The position numbers were made by a program, and so were the translations under genes. The notes under the pieces are model-generated. The model was not told where the DNA came from. It searched no databases and was given only the letters and a program-made list of their open reading frames with translations. Positions 1-10,086 of a stretch of DNA of 64,000 bases are shown here, in pieces (position 1 is the stretch's first letter; each line of letters starts with the position of its first letter). Origin of the DNA: Chthoniobacterales bacterium (lineage in GTDB: Bacteria; Verrucomicrobiota; Verrucomicrobiia; Chthoniobacterales; Chthoniobacteraceae); the NCBI GenBank assembly GCA_038207335.1, contig JBBQZX010000002.1, positions 256,001 through 320,000 of the forward strand, read 5' to 3'.

Positions 1-1
1 A

Positions 2-1897
2 GGCGATGGCGTTTGGCGGCGGCTTGAGTGTCATGCCGATGATCGTGCGGGTGAGAAAGACGCCGCGGTGGATGGGCGAGGTCTGCTTGCTGTGCGCGAA
101 GGCCGCGAGGAGATACGGATGCGTGACGACGCCGGCGCGCTCCTTCGGATCGAACTCGACGCGCTGGAAGGCATCGCCCCCGACGGGTTTGCCGTAGATT
201 TTGCCGAGCCGGTCGTTGAGGAGGAGGTAGTCGGCCTGGAGGAGTTCGCGGTAGTCGGATTTTTCGCTCCAGACGACGCCATCGAGGAAAAGCTCGAGCG
301 AGGTGCGGAGGTCGGCGAGGACGCGGGCGTTGAAATCGGGAAAGGCTTTCGGGTCTTTTGCGAGTCCCTCGGCGCGTTCGAGGTCGAGCCAGTGCTCGTA
401 AAAGCCGCGCATTTTCTGCTTCGTACGCGGGTCCGCGATCATGCGCTTTGCCTGCGCGGCGATCTGGTCGCGGGTCGTGAGTTTGCCGGAGGCGGCGGCC
501 TGCAGGAGTTGCCGGTCGGGGATGGAATCCCACAGATAAAGCGCGAGCCGCGCGGCGATGTCATACCCGTCGGGCGCGGCGGCGGAGGGGAGGTCGGGAT
601 AGAGAAAGCGGGGCGATTTGAGGGTGAAGAGAACGACGCGCTTGATTCCGATCTCAGGGCCTTTCGCGGCGGAAAATTGGCGCTCGATGAGATGGTGAAA
701 GTCGTCGTCGCTGAGCGGTCGGCGGAATGCGGTTTCCGCGAAGCGCCGCGCGAATTGCTTCACTTTTTCCTTGCGATCGGACGCGCCGGATTTTGTGCCA
801 GCGAGTTCGTCGAGGCGGTCGGCGATTGCGTCGGCCACGTCGATCGCGGCCTCGGTGGTTGCTGCGTCCCATTCTTTTGAAACGCCGGTGCCGCGCTCGT
901 ATCCGACGCTCCGATCGTCCGCGGGGAAAGTGGTTTTCACCACGAGGCCGGTTTGCGAGCCCTGCGGGATGAGTTGCGAGGTCGGGATGATTTCCTCGAC
1001 GCCGTGCGGGGGCTTCCAGAGCACTTCGATGGAGGCGCTTTTGTCCTGAAATTTGAACGTCTCGACCGAGAAGGGGTAGGTGCGCCCGCCCAGCAAAAAG
1101 ATGCTTTTTTTCTCCTCGCGGACGGTGGAGCCCTGCGAGACCCATGCGTCGATGAGCGGGCTTTTCGGGTTGTTGATCGAGAGACGCGCGCCGTTCTCCG
1201 TCCTCACGATGAACTCATAGACGCCGGTCTCCGGCGTGAGGATCGAGCCCTCCCAGCGGATGTTGAATTCATCCGCTCGCAGCCGCTCGGAATCGGGGCT
1301 CTCCGCGCCGAATGTGAACGCGATTTGCGGATCGATGCGCTCGAAATTCGTGCGCTCTTTTTTCTCTCGTTCGTCGCGCTTTTTGTCGTCTTTTTCAGGT
1401 GGCAGTTGTGGACCGAAAGGCAGACGCTTTTTGCCAGAATAGCGCGCTTTCAAGCCGCGCTCCGGCCCCGGCGCACCGCCCGAATCGCCGCGGAGCCGGG
1501 CAAGGATGTCGGCGACTGAGGTGCGATATTGCGGGATGGTGAGCCTCGCCAAATCGAACTCCGGCGGACTGAGCCGCTCCTGCGCCTGCGGCGAGTAAAA
1601 CGCCTCGTAAATGTAGGCCGCGACATTTGCCGCGTCGTCACCGACGCACGCGCCGACATCGTCGTCGGGCATCGTGCGGGCGATGCGTTTCGCGAGCCCA
1701 GGGACGCTGCGATTGCCGTGCAGCGGCTCGTCGTATTTGTCCGGCACGCCCTGGCCTTTGTCGCCGTGGCAGTCTGCACACATCTTTTTGTAAATGGCCG
1801 CGCCCGGGTGCTCCGGCACTTGCGCCGCGGCTGTCGCGGTGAGTGTGAAAAGTGCGCACGCGATTTTGCGGGCGGCGGAAGGCAGGGTGAAAATCAT
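2..1897 (-). CDS. Cytochrome c (CxxCH) + PA14 + DUF1592/DUF1588-type protein, 3' end runs off the window
   Basis: Missing from the ORF track because it has no stop in the window. Manual translation from ATG 1897 gives a signal-like start MIFTLPSAARK, the heme motif CADCH, PA14-like FNIRWEGSILTPETGVYEF, ARLALYLWDSIPD and TSPIHRGVF. Confidence 0.85.
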   Translation of the reverse strand, partial: MIFTLPSAARKIACALFTLTATAAAQVPEHPGAAIYKKMCADCHGDKGQGVPDKYDEPLHGNRSVPGLAKRIARTMPDDDVGACVGDDAANVAAYIYEAFYSPQAQERLSPPEFDLARLTIPQYRTSVADILARLRGDSGGAPGPERGLKARYSGKKRLPFGPQLPPEKDDKKRDEREKKERTNFERIDPQIAFTFGAESPDSERLRADEFNIRWEGSILTPETGVYEFIVRTENGARLSINNPKSPLIDAWVSQGSTVREEKKSIFLLGGRTYPFSVETFKFQDKSASIEVLWKPPHGVEEIIPTSQLIPQGSQTGLVVKTTFPADDRSVGYERGTGVSKEWDAATTEAAIDVADAIADRLDELAGTKSGASDRKEKVKQFARRFAETAFRRPLSDDDFHHLIERQFSAAKGPEIGIKRVVLFTLKSPRFLYPDLPSAAAPDGYDIAARLALYLWDSIPDRQLLQAAASGKLTTRDQIAAQAKRMIADPRTKQKMRGFYEHWLDLERAEGLAKDPKAFPDFNARVLADLRTSLELFLDGVVWSEKSDYRELLQADYLLLNDRLGKIYGKPVGGDAFQRVEFDPKERAGVVTHPYLLAAFAHSKQTSPIHRGVFLTRTIIGMTLKPPPNAIA

Positions 1898-2103
1898 GCG
1901 GTGTGTGGCGATTAGAATTTAACCCGGAGCCGGGCAATGTCTTGGAGGCATGCGCATGGCTGCGCCATCTCGGGGCACCTCATCGCCCGAAAACCCTTTA
2001 GATGACAGCCTTCCCAGCCATTTCATCGCTTCTCGTGAGCTTCTGCTTTTCTCCCCGGCGGCTTTCGCTATTGTCCCGGAATCTTGCGACACGGACTCGT
2101 TTT

Positions 2104-3477
2104 ATGACTCGGAAATTCGCCCTTTTTCTACTGACGGCAGCTCTCGCCGCGACGAGCTGCAGCAAACTCAAGCACGTCCCTTTTCTCGAAAAGAAACCAA
2201 CGCCCGAGACTGCGGCCGCCGCACAGTCCGCAGCTGGCGCGCCCGCAGCCACACCGCCGCCCGCACCGAAGCCAGACCTGCTCGTGGCACCTGCCGCGCC
2301 CGCGAAGCCGGAGCTCAACAAGCACTCCTCCACGATCGTGCTGTGCTACCACAACATCGAGGAGAAGGGCGGCTCGAAGGCGCTGACGATCACAACGACG
2401 GAATTCGAGAAGGAAATGAAGGAGGTCAAGGACAACGGCTTCACGGTGATTCCGATGCAGGATTTCCTCGCATTTCGCAGGGGCGACAAAGAAATCCCGG
2501 CGAAGAGCTGCGTGGTGACGATCGATGACGGCTGGGTCTCGGCCTACAACAACGCGTGGCCGGTTTTGAAGAAGTTCGGATACCCGTTCACACTCTTCAT
2601 TTACATCGACTACGTGGGCACTGGCGGGAAGTCGATGACGTGGGATCAGCTCGCGGAAATGCGCGACGCTGGCGTCGATATCCAGTCGCACACCTACTCG
2701 CACTCGAACCTACGCAAGCCGGGCGGAAGCGTGGACAAGAAGACGCACGACCGCGTGATGAAAGATCTCGCCGAACTCGGGCACGACGGCTGGCTGAGGA
2801 AGGAAATCGTGGAATCCGGCGCGGTGCTGGAGAAGCAGCTCGGGATCAAATGCAACGCGTTCGCATATCCGTTCGGCATCTACAACTCGGAGGCGCGGGC
2901 GATGGTGAAAGAGGCCGGCTATGAGGCTGCGTTCACGGTTTATGGGCAGCAGTTGCGGTTCAATTCGCCGCCCTCCGACCTGCTCGGGCGCTACGCCGTG
3001 GAGGCCGCCAAGCCGGAGATTTTCGCGAACGCGATGAAGATGATCGGCGGCGGCGTGACCACCGAAGACCCGATGGAATCGACGAGCGTCGCGCAGCTCG
3101 CGTCGGCCTCAATGGTGACTCAGCCGATGGATGGCGAGACGATCAGCGACCCGCGGCCGACGATCAAAGCGAACCTCGCGACGATGGGTCAGGTCGATCC
3201 GGCGAGCGTGCAAATCCGGCTCAGCGGCATCGGGCTTTTGAAGGTGAAATACGATTCTGCGACTGGCATGGCCGAGGCGAAAGTCACGAAGCCGCTGAGC
3301 GATCCGAACTACAGCGTGATCCTCACGGCGACGGCGGACGGCAAAAAAGCCGAGATACGGTGGGGCTTCAATTTCAGCAAAGATGGGAAGACGTCCGCGC
3401 CCGAGATGGATGCACCCCCGAAGCGCGACGTGCCGCCGACGGCGCCGCCGGTGAAAGCCCCTGCCAAGAAGCGGTAG
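2104..3477 (+). CDS. Polysaccharide deacetylase (CE4/NodB) lipoprotein with C-terminal Ig-like domain
   Basis: Lipobox-like LAATSC after ATG 2104. Motifs LCYH, TIDDG, SHTYSH and FAYPFG. Confidence 0.88.
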   Translation: MTRKFALFLLTAALAATSCSKLKHVPFLEKKPTPETAAAAQSAAGAPAATPPPAPKPDLLVAPAAPAKPELNKHSSTIVLCYHNIEEKGGSKALTITTTEFEKEMKEVKDNGFTVIPMQDFLAFRRGDKEIPAKSCVVTIDDGWVSAYNNAWPVLKKFGYPFTLFIYIDYVGTGGKSMTWDQLAEMRDAGVDIQSHTYSHSNLRKPGGSVDKKTHDRVMKDLAELGHDGWLRKEIVESGAVLEKQLGIKCNAFAYPFGIYNSEARAMVKEAGYEAAFTVYGQQLRFNSPPSDLLGRYAVEAAKPEIFANAMKMIGGGVTTEDPMESTSVAQLASASMVTQPMDGETISDPRPTIKANLATMGQVDPASVQIRLSGIGLLKVKYDSATGMAEAKVTKPLSDPNYSVILTATADGKKAEIRWGFNFSKDGKTSAPEMDAPPKRDVPPTAPPVKAPAKKR

Positions 3478-3508
3478 CCGTGAACGCCGCGAGGGACGTC
3501 TCAACGCC

Positions 3509-4150
3509 CTACCCGAACAGCTTGCGCAGTTTGCGGTCGCCGGACTTGGCGAGTTCTAGCTGTTTGCTTTTTGCGGGCCAGTAGTCGCTGCAACCAACGC
3601 CTTGCAGGTTCTCTTCGATTTCATCGAAGCGGCCGAGGTGGCGCAGCGCTTCGGCACGGAAGAGCAGGAGGTCTTCCGCGCCGTCTTTCATCAGGTCGAT
3701 GAGGTGCTCCATATTCACGATCGCCTCGGGCGAGGTCGAATGGCCGACGGGAGAGTCGTCGATTCGGAAGGCGTCGTTTCCGCGCCACCACGCGGCGACG
3801 CGGAGTTCGAGTTCGAGTTCGGGCGTCGGGGCGCATCCGCCTTCGATTGCCTCGAAAAATCCAGCTTCATCGAGCGGCTCGGCGTAGGGAGCGGCTTTCC
3901 AAGCGACATTTTCCGGCAAATCCTCGGTCTCGGGCAGCAGGTATCCGACGGGCGGGACTTCGCCGACCCAATAGATTTCCTTGCACGCGTGGCAGCGTGT
4001 GATCCGCGGCGGACGCGGATTCATCGGCATGTCCTGATAGCCGTCGGTCCAGGTGATCGCTCCGAAGCTGTTTCCGGAGGCGAGAGAGAAAACCCGCGCG
4101 AGGGCCTGGCAATACGGGCAGGGAAAGACGACGTCGGCGCCGGGAAGCAT
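3509..4150 (-). CDS. Hypothetical protein with two CxxC motifs and a helical (TPR-like) C-terminus
   Basis: CPYC and CHAC motifs; LFRAEALRHLGRFDE; normal codon usage. Confidence 0.7.
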   Translation of the reverse strand: MLPGADVVFPCPYCQALARVFSLASGNSFGAITWTDGYQDMPMNPRPPRITRCHACKEIYWVGEVPPVGYLLPETEDLPENVAWKAAPYAEPLDEAGFFEAIEGGCAPTPELELELRVAAWWRGNDAFRIDDSPVGHSTSPEAIVNMEHLIDLMKDGAEDLLLFRAEALRHLGRFDEIEENLQGVGCSDYWPAKSKQLELAKSGDRKLRKLFG

Positions 4151-4166
4151 TTATTGGGGAGTCTAA

Positions 4167-4192
4167 TGGCTGATGGCTGATGGCTGATGGCT
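4167..4192. repeat. Heptamer tandem repeat (TGATGGC)
   Basis: atggc tgatggc tgatggc tgatggc tg, intergenic. Confidence 0.8.
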
Positions 4193-4256
4193 GTTACAGC
4201 GGGGTCATCGGGGGCGTTAAAGCAATCACATTTCAGCAATCACGCAGCGCGAAAGA

Positions 4257-4721
4257 TCAGCGCGAGATATCGGACTGGGTGAGGATGGTGATGCCTGTGC
4301 TGCCGAGGACGGAGCAGGCGCACTCGTTGTCTTCGACGTGAAGCGCAAGGGCGGTTCGGCCATTTGGGCGGGTGAGGAGGGCGTAGCTTCCGAAGATATT
4401 CACCTCCGCCTGAAGCAACGCGGCGAGAACTCTGCCAAGTTCGGTGGCTTCCTTCAGTTCGACGACACAGAGTTCGCAGACGGAGAACGGAATTTCGTGC
4501 TGCCGGAAAATGTCGCGCACGCTTTCGGGATCGCTGACGACGACTCGGACGATTGCGGTGTCGGCGGAATCCTGCACGTTAATCGCGAGGACGTGGATGT
4601 GATCCTCGTTGAGCAGCTTCACGATTTCGAGAAGCGCGCCGACTTTGTTCGGCAGGAAGATTGAGAACTGATTGACGCCGGAATTTCCGAGTTTTTCGGC
4701 GGCGTGTGTGAATTCCAGCAT
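4257..4721 (-). CDS. Tandem ACT-domain protein
   Basis: QFSIFLPNKVGALLEIVKLL...IHVLAI, and a second unit GRVLAALLQAEVNIFGSY. Confidence 0.85.
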   Translation of the reverse strand: MLEFTHAAEKLGNSGVNQFSIFLPNKVGALLEIVKLLNEDHIHVLAINVQDSADTAIVRVVVSDPESVRDIFRQHEIPFSVCELCVVELKEATELGRVLAALLQAEVNIFGSYALLTRPNGRTALALHVEDNECACSVLGSTGITILTQSDISR

Positions 4722-4726
4722 GGCGC

Positions 4727-5161
4727 TTATTTGTAGGAGTAGAGCACGCAGAACGTGGCCGGGTCGCCTTCGAGTTCTGCGATTTTTAGATAGTACGACC
4801 CACTCACCGTCGGGGCAAATCCCGCAGCGGCAGTCGAGTCGCCAGAATAGGGATCGGTGGCGACGGGCGCCCCGGTTTCATCATAGACGGTGAGCGTGAC
4901 TTTTTTTGCCTGGGGCGTGGCGCCAACGACGAACCAGTATTGGTTTCCGGCGAAGAGATTAACCTGCACGAGTTGGGGTTTGCCGAGCTCGAGCGCGCCT
5001 TTCCAGTGTCCATCGCGCAGCTTGAAACCTTCATTCGTGAATGCGCCCGCGACATCGAATGCAGCCTTGCGAGCGGCGGCTTGGTCATCGGTCTCGGCGG
5101 CGCGCAAGCTGCCGGAGAGGAGAATCGCGGCGATGAAAATGGGGCGGATAAAGTGGTTCAT
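4727..5161 (-). CDS. Secreted hypothetical protein (small beta-sandwich, PPC-like)
   Basis: Signal peptide; LFAGNQYWF...LTVYDETG...SGSYYLKI; 4-bp overlap with the upstream gene. Confidence 0.75.
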   Translation of the reverse strand: MNHFIRPIFIAAILLSGSLRAAETDDQAAARKAAFDVAGAFTNEGFKLRDGHWKGALELGKPQLVQVNLFAGNQYWFVVGATPQAKKVTLTVYDETGAPVATDPYSGDSTAAAGFAPTVSGSYYLKIAELEGDPATFCVLYSYK

Positions 5162-5997
5162 TTGACCTCCTTTCGGGAGATGTCTTTCAGCAAATCGGAG
5201 AGCATGTTGCTCAGCTTTTCCACCGCTTCGCGCGCGGGCGGCGATTCGCGCGGGAATGTCATCGCGGTTTCAATTTCCGCGAGCTTGGCGCGGGTTTTTT
5301 TGACGACCGGATCATCGCGTGTTTTCTCCGGCAGCGCGCCGAGCCGGCGGCTGAGGAAGCCGACGATCCCCGGCTGGCGCAGGAGCATCGCGCCGGCGGA
5401 TGAGTAAAATTTTTCCTCCGCGACATAGCTGCTGATCGACTCCGCGCCGCGCAGCCAGCCGCCGACGGTGACGAGCGTGACGAGGTTGATGTCCTTGTTC
5501 TCGATCATCGCGTCCTTCACTTCGTTTTGCGTCGCTTCGAGCTCTTCCTTCAGCGTGTCCCACTGGTTGTCGGTGGCAAATTCCGTGAGGCTTTTTCCGC
5601 GGTTGATGATGTCTTGCTGGACGCCGAGCGGCTTGGCGAGCGCCACGATATCGCGGCCAAGATTTTTCACCTGCTGGCTGTCCTTCGCCTCCACGGCGAT
5701 GTAGCCGTCGGCGATGAGGCCACCGAGATTCAGCGCCATCTGAGGGCGGCTGGAAAAATCGCGCGCGATTGGCGGGCGAAATTTTGAAATCCAGTCGATC
5801 TTCCCGACTTTATCGAGTGCCGCGAGGAGCTCCCCGGGCGTGGGAATCGAGAGCGCATCGATGCGCGCGGCACCGGCCATTTCCTCCGCGCTCAGAGGCG
5901 GTGCGGAGGGCTGCGACGCGGCGGGCTCATCGACCGCGAGAGCCGATGAACAGAGGATTGCGAGCCCACTGGCCAAAGTCCGAATGAGGCGAAACAT
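5158..5997 (-). CDS. Secreted helical hypothetical protein
   Basis: Signal peptide MFRLIRTLASGLAILCSSALA; coupled to the downstream gene. Confidence 0.78.
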   Translation of the reverse strand: MFRLIRTLASGLAILCSSALAVDEPAASQPSAPPLSAEEMAGAARIDALSIPTPGELLAALDKVGKIDWISKFRPPIARDFSSRPQMALNLGGLIADGYIAVEAKDSQQVKNLGRDIVALAKPLGVQQDIINRGKSLTEFATDNQWDTLKEELEATQNEVKDAMIENKDINLVTLVTVGGWLRGAESISSYVAEEKFYSSAGAMLLRQPGIVGFLSRRLGALPEKTRDDPVVKKTRAKLAEIETAMTFPRESPPAREAVEKLSNMLSDLLKDISRKEVK

Positions 5998-6079
5998 GGC
6001 GGACGATAGGCAGAACGTTGCCGCCTTGTCACCCGGCTTTTTGCCGCGCTTGCGTCGAGGAGAATGGCCGCTTTTCCGG

Positions 6080-6107
6080 TTGCACTCGAGCGCCCCGCTC
6101 CTACTCT
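6080..6107 (+). promoter_or_regulatory. Putative sigma70 promoter of purS
   Basis: TTGCAC-N16-TACTCT, ending 9 nt before ATG 6117. Confidence 0.5.
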
Positions 6108-6116
6108 CGCGCGCCT

Positions 6117-6350
6117 ATGAAAGCCAAGGTCTTCGTGATGCCGAAACGCAGTGTGCTGGACCCGCAGGGCGTCGCCGTGCGGGAGGCGATTCATCATCAC
6201 GGGCTCGGCTCGGTGAAGTCGGCGCGGGTGGGAAAACTGATCGAACTCGAACTCGATGGGAGCGAGTCGGAAGCGCAGCTTCACGAGTTGTGCCGCGACC
6301 TGCTTTCGAACCCCGTGATCGAGGACTACGAGCTGAGCGTCGAGAAGTAG
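6117..6350 (+). CDS. purS: Phosphoribosylformylglycinamidine synthase subunit PurS
   Basis: [18 protein letters not shown]...[10 protein letters not shown]. Confidence 0.97.
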   Translation: MKAKVFVMPKRSVLDPQGVAVREAIHHHGLGSVKSARVGKLIELELDGSESEAQLHELCRDLLSNPVIEDYELSVEK

Positions 6351-6351
6351 G

Positions 6352-7053
6352 ATGAAAGCCGCCGTCATTCGTTTTCCAGGCTCGAACTGCGATCAGGATT
6401 GTGTGCTCGCGCTGCGTGAGCTCGGCGTCGAGACCGAGTTTGTCTGGCACAAAGAGGAGTCCGTTGCAGCTTACGATTTGATCGTGCTGCCGGGCGGGTT
6501 TTCTTACGGCGACTATCTGCGCTGCGGGGCGATCGCGCGATTTTCGCCGGTGATGCGCTCGGTGGTGCAGGAGGCGGAGCGGGGGAAATTTGTGCTCGGG
6601 ATTTGCAATGGATTCCAAATTCTCTGCGAGGCGCATCTGCTGCCCGGAGCGCTCGTGCGGAATCGCGATCTCCATTTTCGCTGCGAGCATGTGCGCGTGA
6701 GGGTGGAAAATTTCACCACGCCGTGGACGAACGCAGCGGTAACGGGCTCGGTACTGAATCTGCCAATCGCGCACGGCGAAGGCAGCTACGTGGCCGATGC
6801 GGCGACGATCCGCGACCTCACGCGGCAGCGGCAAATTCTGCTGCGGTACTGCGACGCGAATGGCGCGACGACGGCGGCGGCGAATCCGAACGGCTCGGTG
6901 GAAAACATCGCGGGGATTTGCAACGCGGCGCGCAATGTTTTCGGCCTGATGCCGCACCCGGAACGCGCGTGCGATGCGCGGCTCGGCAGCGTGGATGGAC
7001 GCGTGATCTTCGACTCGATCCTCGCAGAACTCGCGCTCCGGAAGACTGCTTAG
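6352..7053 (+). CDS. purQ: FGAM synthase glutaminase subunit PurQ
   Basis: [31 protein letters not shown]. Confidence 0.98.
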   Translation: MKAAVIRFPGSNCDQDCVLALRELGVETEFVWHKEESVAAYDLIVLPGGFSYGDYLRCGAIARFSPVMRSVVQEAERGKFVLGICNGFQILCEAHLLPGALVRNRDLHFRCEHVRVRVENFTTPWTNAAVTGSVLNLPIAHGEGSYVADAATIRDLTRQRQILLRYCDANGATTAAANPNGSVENIAGICNAARNVFGLMPHPERACDARLGSVDGRVIFDSILAELALRKTA

Positions 7054-7109
7054 CGACGGATTTCAACCACGAGGGCGCGAGCACCGCTTCGAACGATCGG
7101 ACCGATGGT

Positions 7110-7180
7110 GATTTAGGCGTTCGCTTACACCACGTCCCCGCGTAGAGTAGCGTTGGCAGAGCTGATGTTACCGCCCCCAT
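7110..7180 (-). pseudogene. Degenerate fragment homologous to the C-terminal part of the adjacent FecR protein
   Basis: Reads GGGNISSANATLRGDVV*ANA*, against GDGNITLNNATLRGDVVKANVL in the 7585-10047 gene (DNA about 7903-7970). Confidence 0.7.
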
Positions 7181-7235
7181 ACCCGGGGCGTCCCTGCTTG
7201 GATCGCGACCCGGATCGCAACCTGGATCGGGGAAC

Positions 7236-7424
7236 CGACTCGGGGACCAGCTTCCACTTGTTGGCGCGGCCTTTATTGACCAGCGAAGTGCAATCTTCCA
7301 GCAAGTCCTGAAACGCCGCGCGGACGGCGGTTTCATGCTTTACGCCGAGCCTTGCAAAATCAGCCAGCGACGCGTGGTAGGCGGCAACGCGCTTGTGATT
7401 CGCCTTGAGGGGAAGTGTCCGCAT
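7236..7424 (-). pseudogene. N-terminal remnant resembling a type IIG/ISP restriction-modification (N-6 methylase) enzyme
   Basis: MRTLPLKANHKRVAAYHASLADFARLGVKHETAVRAAFQDLLE...WKLVPE resembles the N-terminus of these enzymes; similarity stops at a 12-bp triple repeat. Confidence 0.55.
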
Positions 7425-7584
7425 CTGGTGCGCACGGGTTTAGGGCGTTTCTTCGATCCGGTGCGAGAAGTTCATGGGCGCCCTCAGTACGTTGCCCGCC
7501 CGTGAGCGGATTCGATTAAACGCGAACGGGGCGAACGCGTTTGGCAACGCCTTCGCCCCGCGGTCTTCGCGTTCTCGGTGTCGG

Positions 7585-10047
7585 TTAGTAGTTCGGGCGT
7601 GAGCCGAAGCCATTGGTCGTCGCGCCTTTGCCACCGAAGCTTCCCGTGGTGGAACCGTTGCCGCCGGAGCCGGTGTATTTGGCGTTGTCGGTGAAGACCT
7701 GGGCGGCGCTTGGGCCGTTGACCGTCACCACTTTGCCGTTGTCGATTTGCACGGTGTTGCCGGCGATGGTTTTCACGCTGTTGCCGTTGAGCGAGACGTT
7801 GTCGTTGAAGCGCACGGTGCCGTTCGCGCCGCTGGCGTAAAGCTTGATCGCGGAGTTTGCATCGATGCTGCCGCCGCCGACGATGAGCTGGCCGTTGGCG
7901 CCGAGCACGTTTGCTTTGACCACGTCGCCGCGCAGGGTGGCGTTGTTTAGGGTGATGTTTCCGTCGCCGTTGTTGCGGATATCGACGGTGCCTTTGTCGG
8001 CGATGACGGTGCCCCCGTTGACCGAGATGTCGCCACCCGCGGAGACAAACTCGACTTTGCCGCCAGGGCCAGGCGCTGCGGCACTGAGGAGCGATTGAAG
8101 CTGGCCGCTATTGGAGACGGTGATGGCGGTGCCGCTGGTCCTGCGGCTGTCGAGGCGGATATTGCCCCCTTGCTTGCTGGCGCGTCCGGCGGCGCTGTCG
8201 GAGACCTTGACCGTGGACTGCACATCGATGGTGCCGTTGGAAACGATGCTCACCGTGCCACCTTTGCCGCCGTGCGTGACCAAAGCCGCGTTCGCTCCAG
8301 TCGTGGCGCTGATCGCCTTTTTGATAGTCACGTTGCCCGTCAGGGGACGCGCTTCTGTGCCTAGAAAAACCGATCCACCTGAACCACCCTCTCCCAGGCT
8401 CAAGGGGGCGGCATCGCCGCCGTTGGCGGTGATGCCATTGATGCCGCTGGAGTCGATGTTAACCGAATCGCTCTCGATGATCACCGCACCGCCGCCATTC
8501 GCGCCACTGCCGAGGAGCGGCAACAATGAGCTACCCGAACCGGTGGCATCGATTCCTCCACTGACCTTGATGGAAGGGGAACGTAATCCCAAGTCGCTTC
8601 CGTAGATCGGCACAAGCGTTCCATTGATGTCAACGCTGGTGAGCGCATTGATTGAGCTGGCGGCGATTGTCGTTGCCTGAAGCTTGACGGTGTAGGCTCC
8701 GATCGGTCGGTTGAATGAAATACTAGCGGCCTTGCCGTCGATTTTATTGGCCTCCACGGTCTGGCTGAAGTCGGCATTGTTCTTGGCATCGAATGTGAGA
8801 GTGTCGGCCGTGACCTTGCCGTCCAGTTCGAGTTTACTGACCCCCGTGATGCGAATGGTAGCGGCGGTAATATCAGCTGAGGACTTAGCACTTCCTTTGG
8901 AAATCGTGTAGGTCCCGGTCAAGCCGTTCCCGGGTGCATTGGCTACAACCACGACAGGAGTGACGATTGGTAGGAGCGGAGGCGTGACGACCACAGGCGG
9001 CGTGACAACTACCGGCGGCGTGACAACCACCGGCGGCGTGACAACCACCGGCGGCGTGCTCGGATCAACCCCGGGGAGGAGACCGCCACCCGTCGTGACG
9101 GGATCGTTGCTGCTGTTTCCCGGATTGGAAGGCAGTGAAGGTTCAACCACCGGCACCACTGTAGCCGGGGAGTTTTTATGAGAATGATCGTCGAGTGCGA
9201 GAAGCACGGCAGAATCGCCAACGCGCTTCGTCGTGGATTCGAGAGCCGCCATCGTTTCCTTGGAGGCCACGACGACTTTGGTGCCGTCGCCCTCGATGAT
9301 CAGATTCGTTTCGGCAAGCTGCGCTTTCCCCTTGGCCGTGCTTTGAAAGGCGATTTCTTTTTCGATCAAGCCGATGCTGGGCAGCGGCTGAACCTTGATT
9401 TTCGCGTTCCCGCGAAATTTCTCAGGATCGATGAGAGCCGACGTTTTCACCAATTTCGCGAGATCGACGGAAACCGGCTTGGGCATGTGCGTCTCCTTTG
9501 CCCCGAGAATGATCATCTTGCCGGGCGTGAGCACCACGGATTCGCCCAACCGGCCGTTGATGGATAGGCGGAGGCTGCCTTCGAGCACCAGCACCTTCAC
9601 GTGGTTGCCGGGTGAGTTCTCCATCATGATCGTCGTGCCGGTGATGGCGGCCGTGACCGCAGCGGTGCGAATGCGCGCACCACCGAGGTTCTTTGGGACT
9701 TGAAGAAGCATCGTTCCCCGGTCCAGCGCCATATCGCGGGTGCCCGGAGTGAAGGAGAAGACGGAGTCCGCGCCCAAGCGGGTGAGGGTATCATCTTGAA
9801 AGAGCAGTTCCGCCCTCGACTGCGCGCCGGTCCGGACCGCGAGATCATTTTTGAGAACGTCTTGCAACTTTGCGGGCTGCGTCTTCCCTCGGGTCGGGTC
9901 AATCAGGCGGACATCGTTGACGATTTTGTGAATCTCCGCCTGTTGCAGCGGACCGGCTAGGGCGGTGGCAAACCCGCTGACCCAGAGGAGGACCAGTGAG
10001 CGGCGCAGGAGGCGGGAAGAATTTCGCGATTTGACCATAATTATCAT
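7585..10047 (-). CDS. FecR-domain protein with Pro-rich linker and long Gly/Asn/Thr-rich beta-helix-like C-terminus
   Basis: Signal peptide; VRTGAQSRAELLFQDDTLTRLGADSVF and IRTAAVTAAITGT are FecR hallmarks. The start may be 10038. Confidence 0.88.
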   Translation of the reverse strand: MIIMVKSRNSSRLLRRSLVLLWVSGFATALAGPLQQAEIHKIVNDVRLIDPTRGKTQPAKLQDVLKNDLAVRTGAQSRAELLFQDDTLTRLGADSVFSFTPGTRDMALDRGTMLLQVPKNLGGARIRTAAVTAAITGTTIMMENSPGNHVKVLVLEGSLRLSINGRLGESVVLTPGKMIILGAKETHMPKPVSVDLAKLVKTSALIDPEKFRGNAKIKVQPLPSIGLIEKEIAFQSTAKGKAQLAETNLIIEGDGTKVVVASKETMAALESTTKRVGDSAVLLALDDHSHKNSPATVVPVVEPSLPSNPGNSSNDPVTTGGGLLPGVDPSTPPVVVTPPVVVTPPVVVTPPVVVTPPLLPIVTPVVVVANAPGNGLTGTYTISKGSAKSSADITAATIRITGVSKLELDGKVTADTLTFDAKNNADFSQTVEANKIDGKAASISFNRPIGAYTVKLQATTIAASSINALTSVDINGTLVPIYGSDLGLRSPSIKVSGGIDATGSGSSLLPLLGSGANGGGAVIIESDSVNIDSSGINGITANGGDAAPLSLGEGGSGGSVFLGTEARPLTGNVTIKKAISATTGANAALVTHGGKGGTVSIVSNGTIDVQSTVKVSDSAAGRASKQGGNIRLDSRRTSGTAITVSNSGQLQSLLSAAAPGPGGKVEFVSAGGDISVNGGTVIADKGTVDIRNNGDGNITLNNATLRGDVVKANVLGANGQLIVGGGSIDANSAIKLYASGANGTVRFNDNVSLNGNSVKTIAGNTVQIDNGKVVTVNGPSAAQVFTDNAKYTGSGGNGSTTGSFGGKGATTNGFGSRPNY
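8979..9058 (-). repeat. 18-bp coding tandem repeat (TPPVVV x4)
   Basis: ggcggcgtgacaaccacc units encode STPPVVVTPPVVVTPPVVVTPPVVVTPP. Confidence 0.9.
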
Positions 10048-10086
10048 AACAGCAATATCCCCGCCAACGGGGCTGTCATTATTGAC

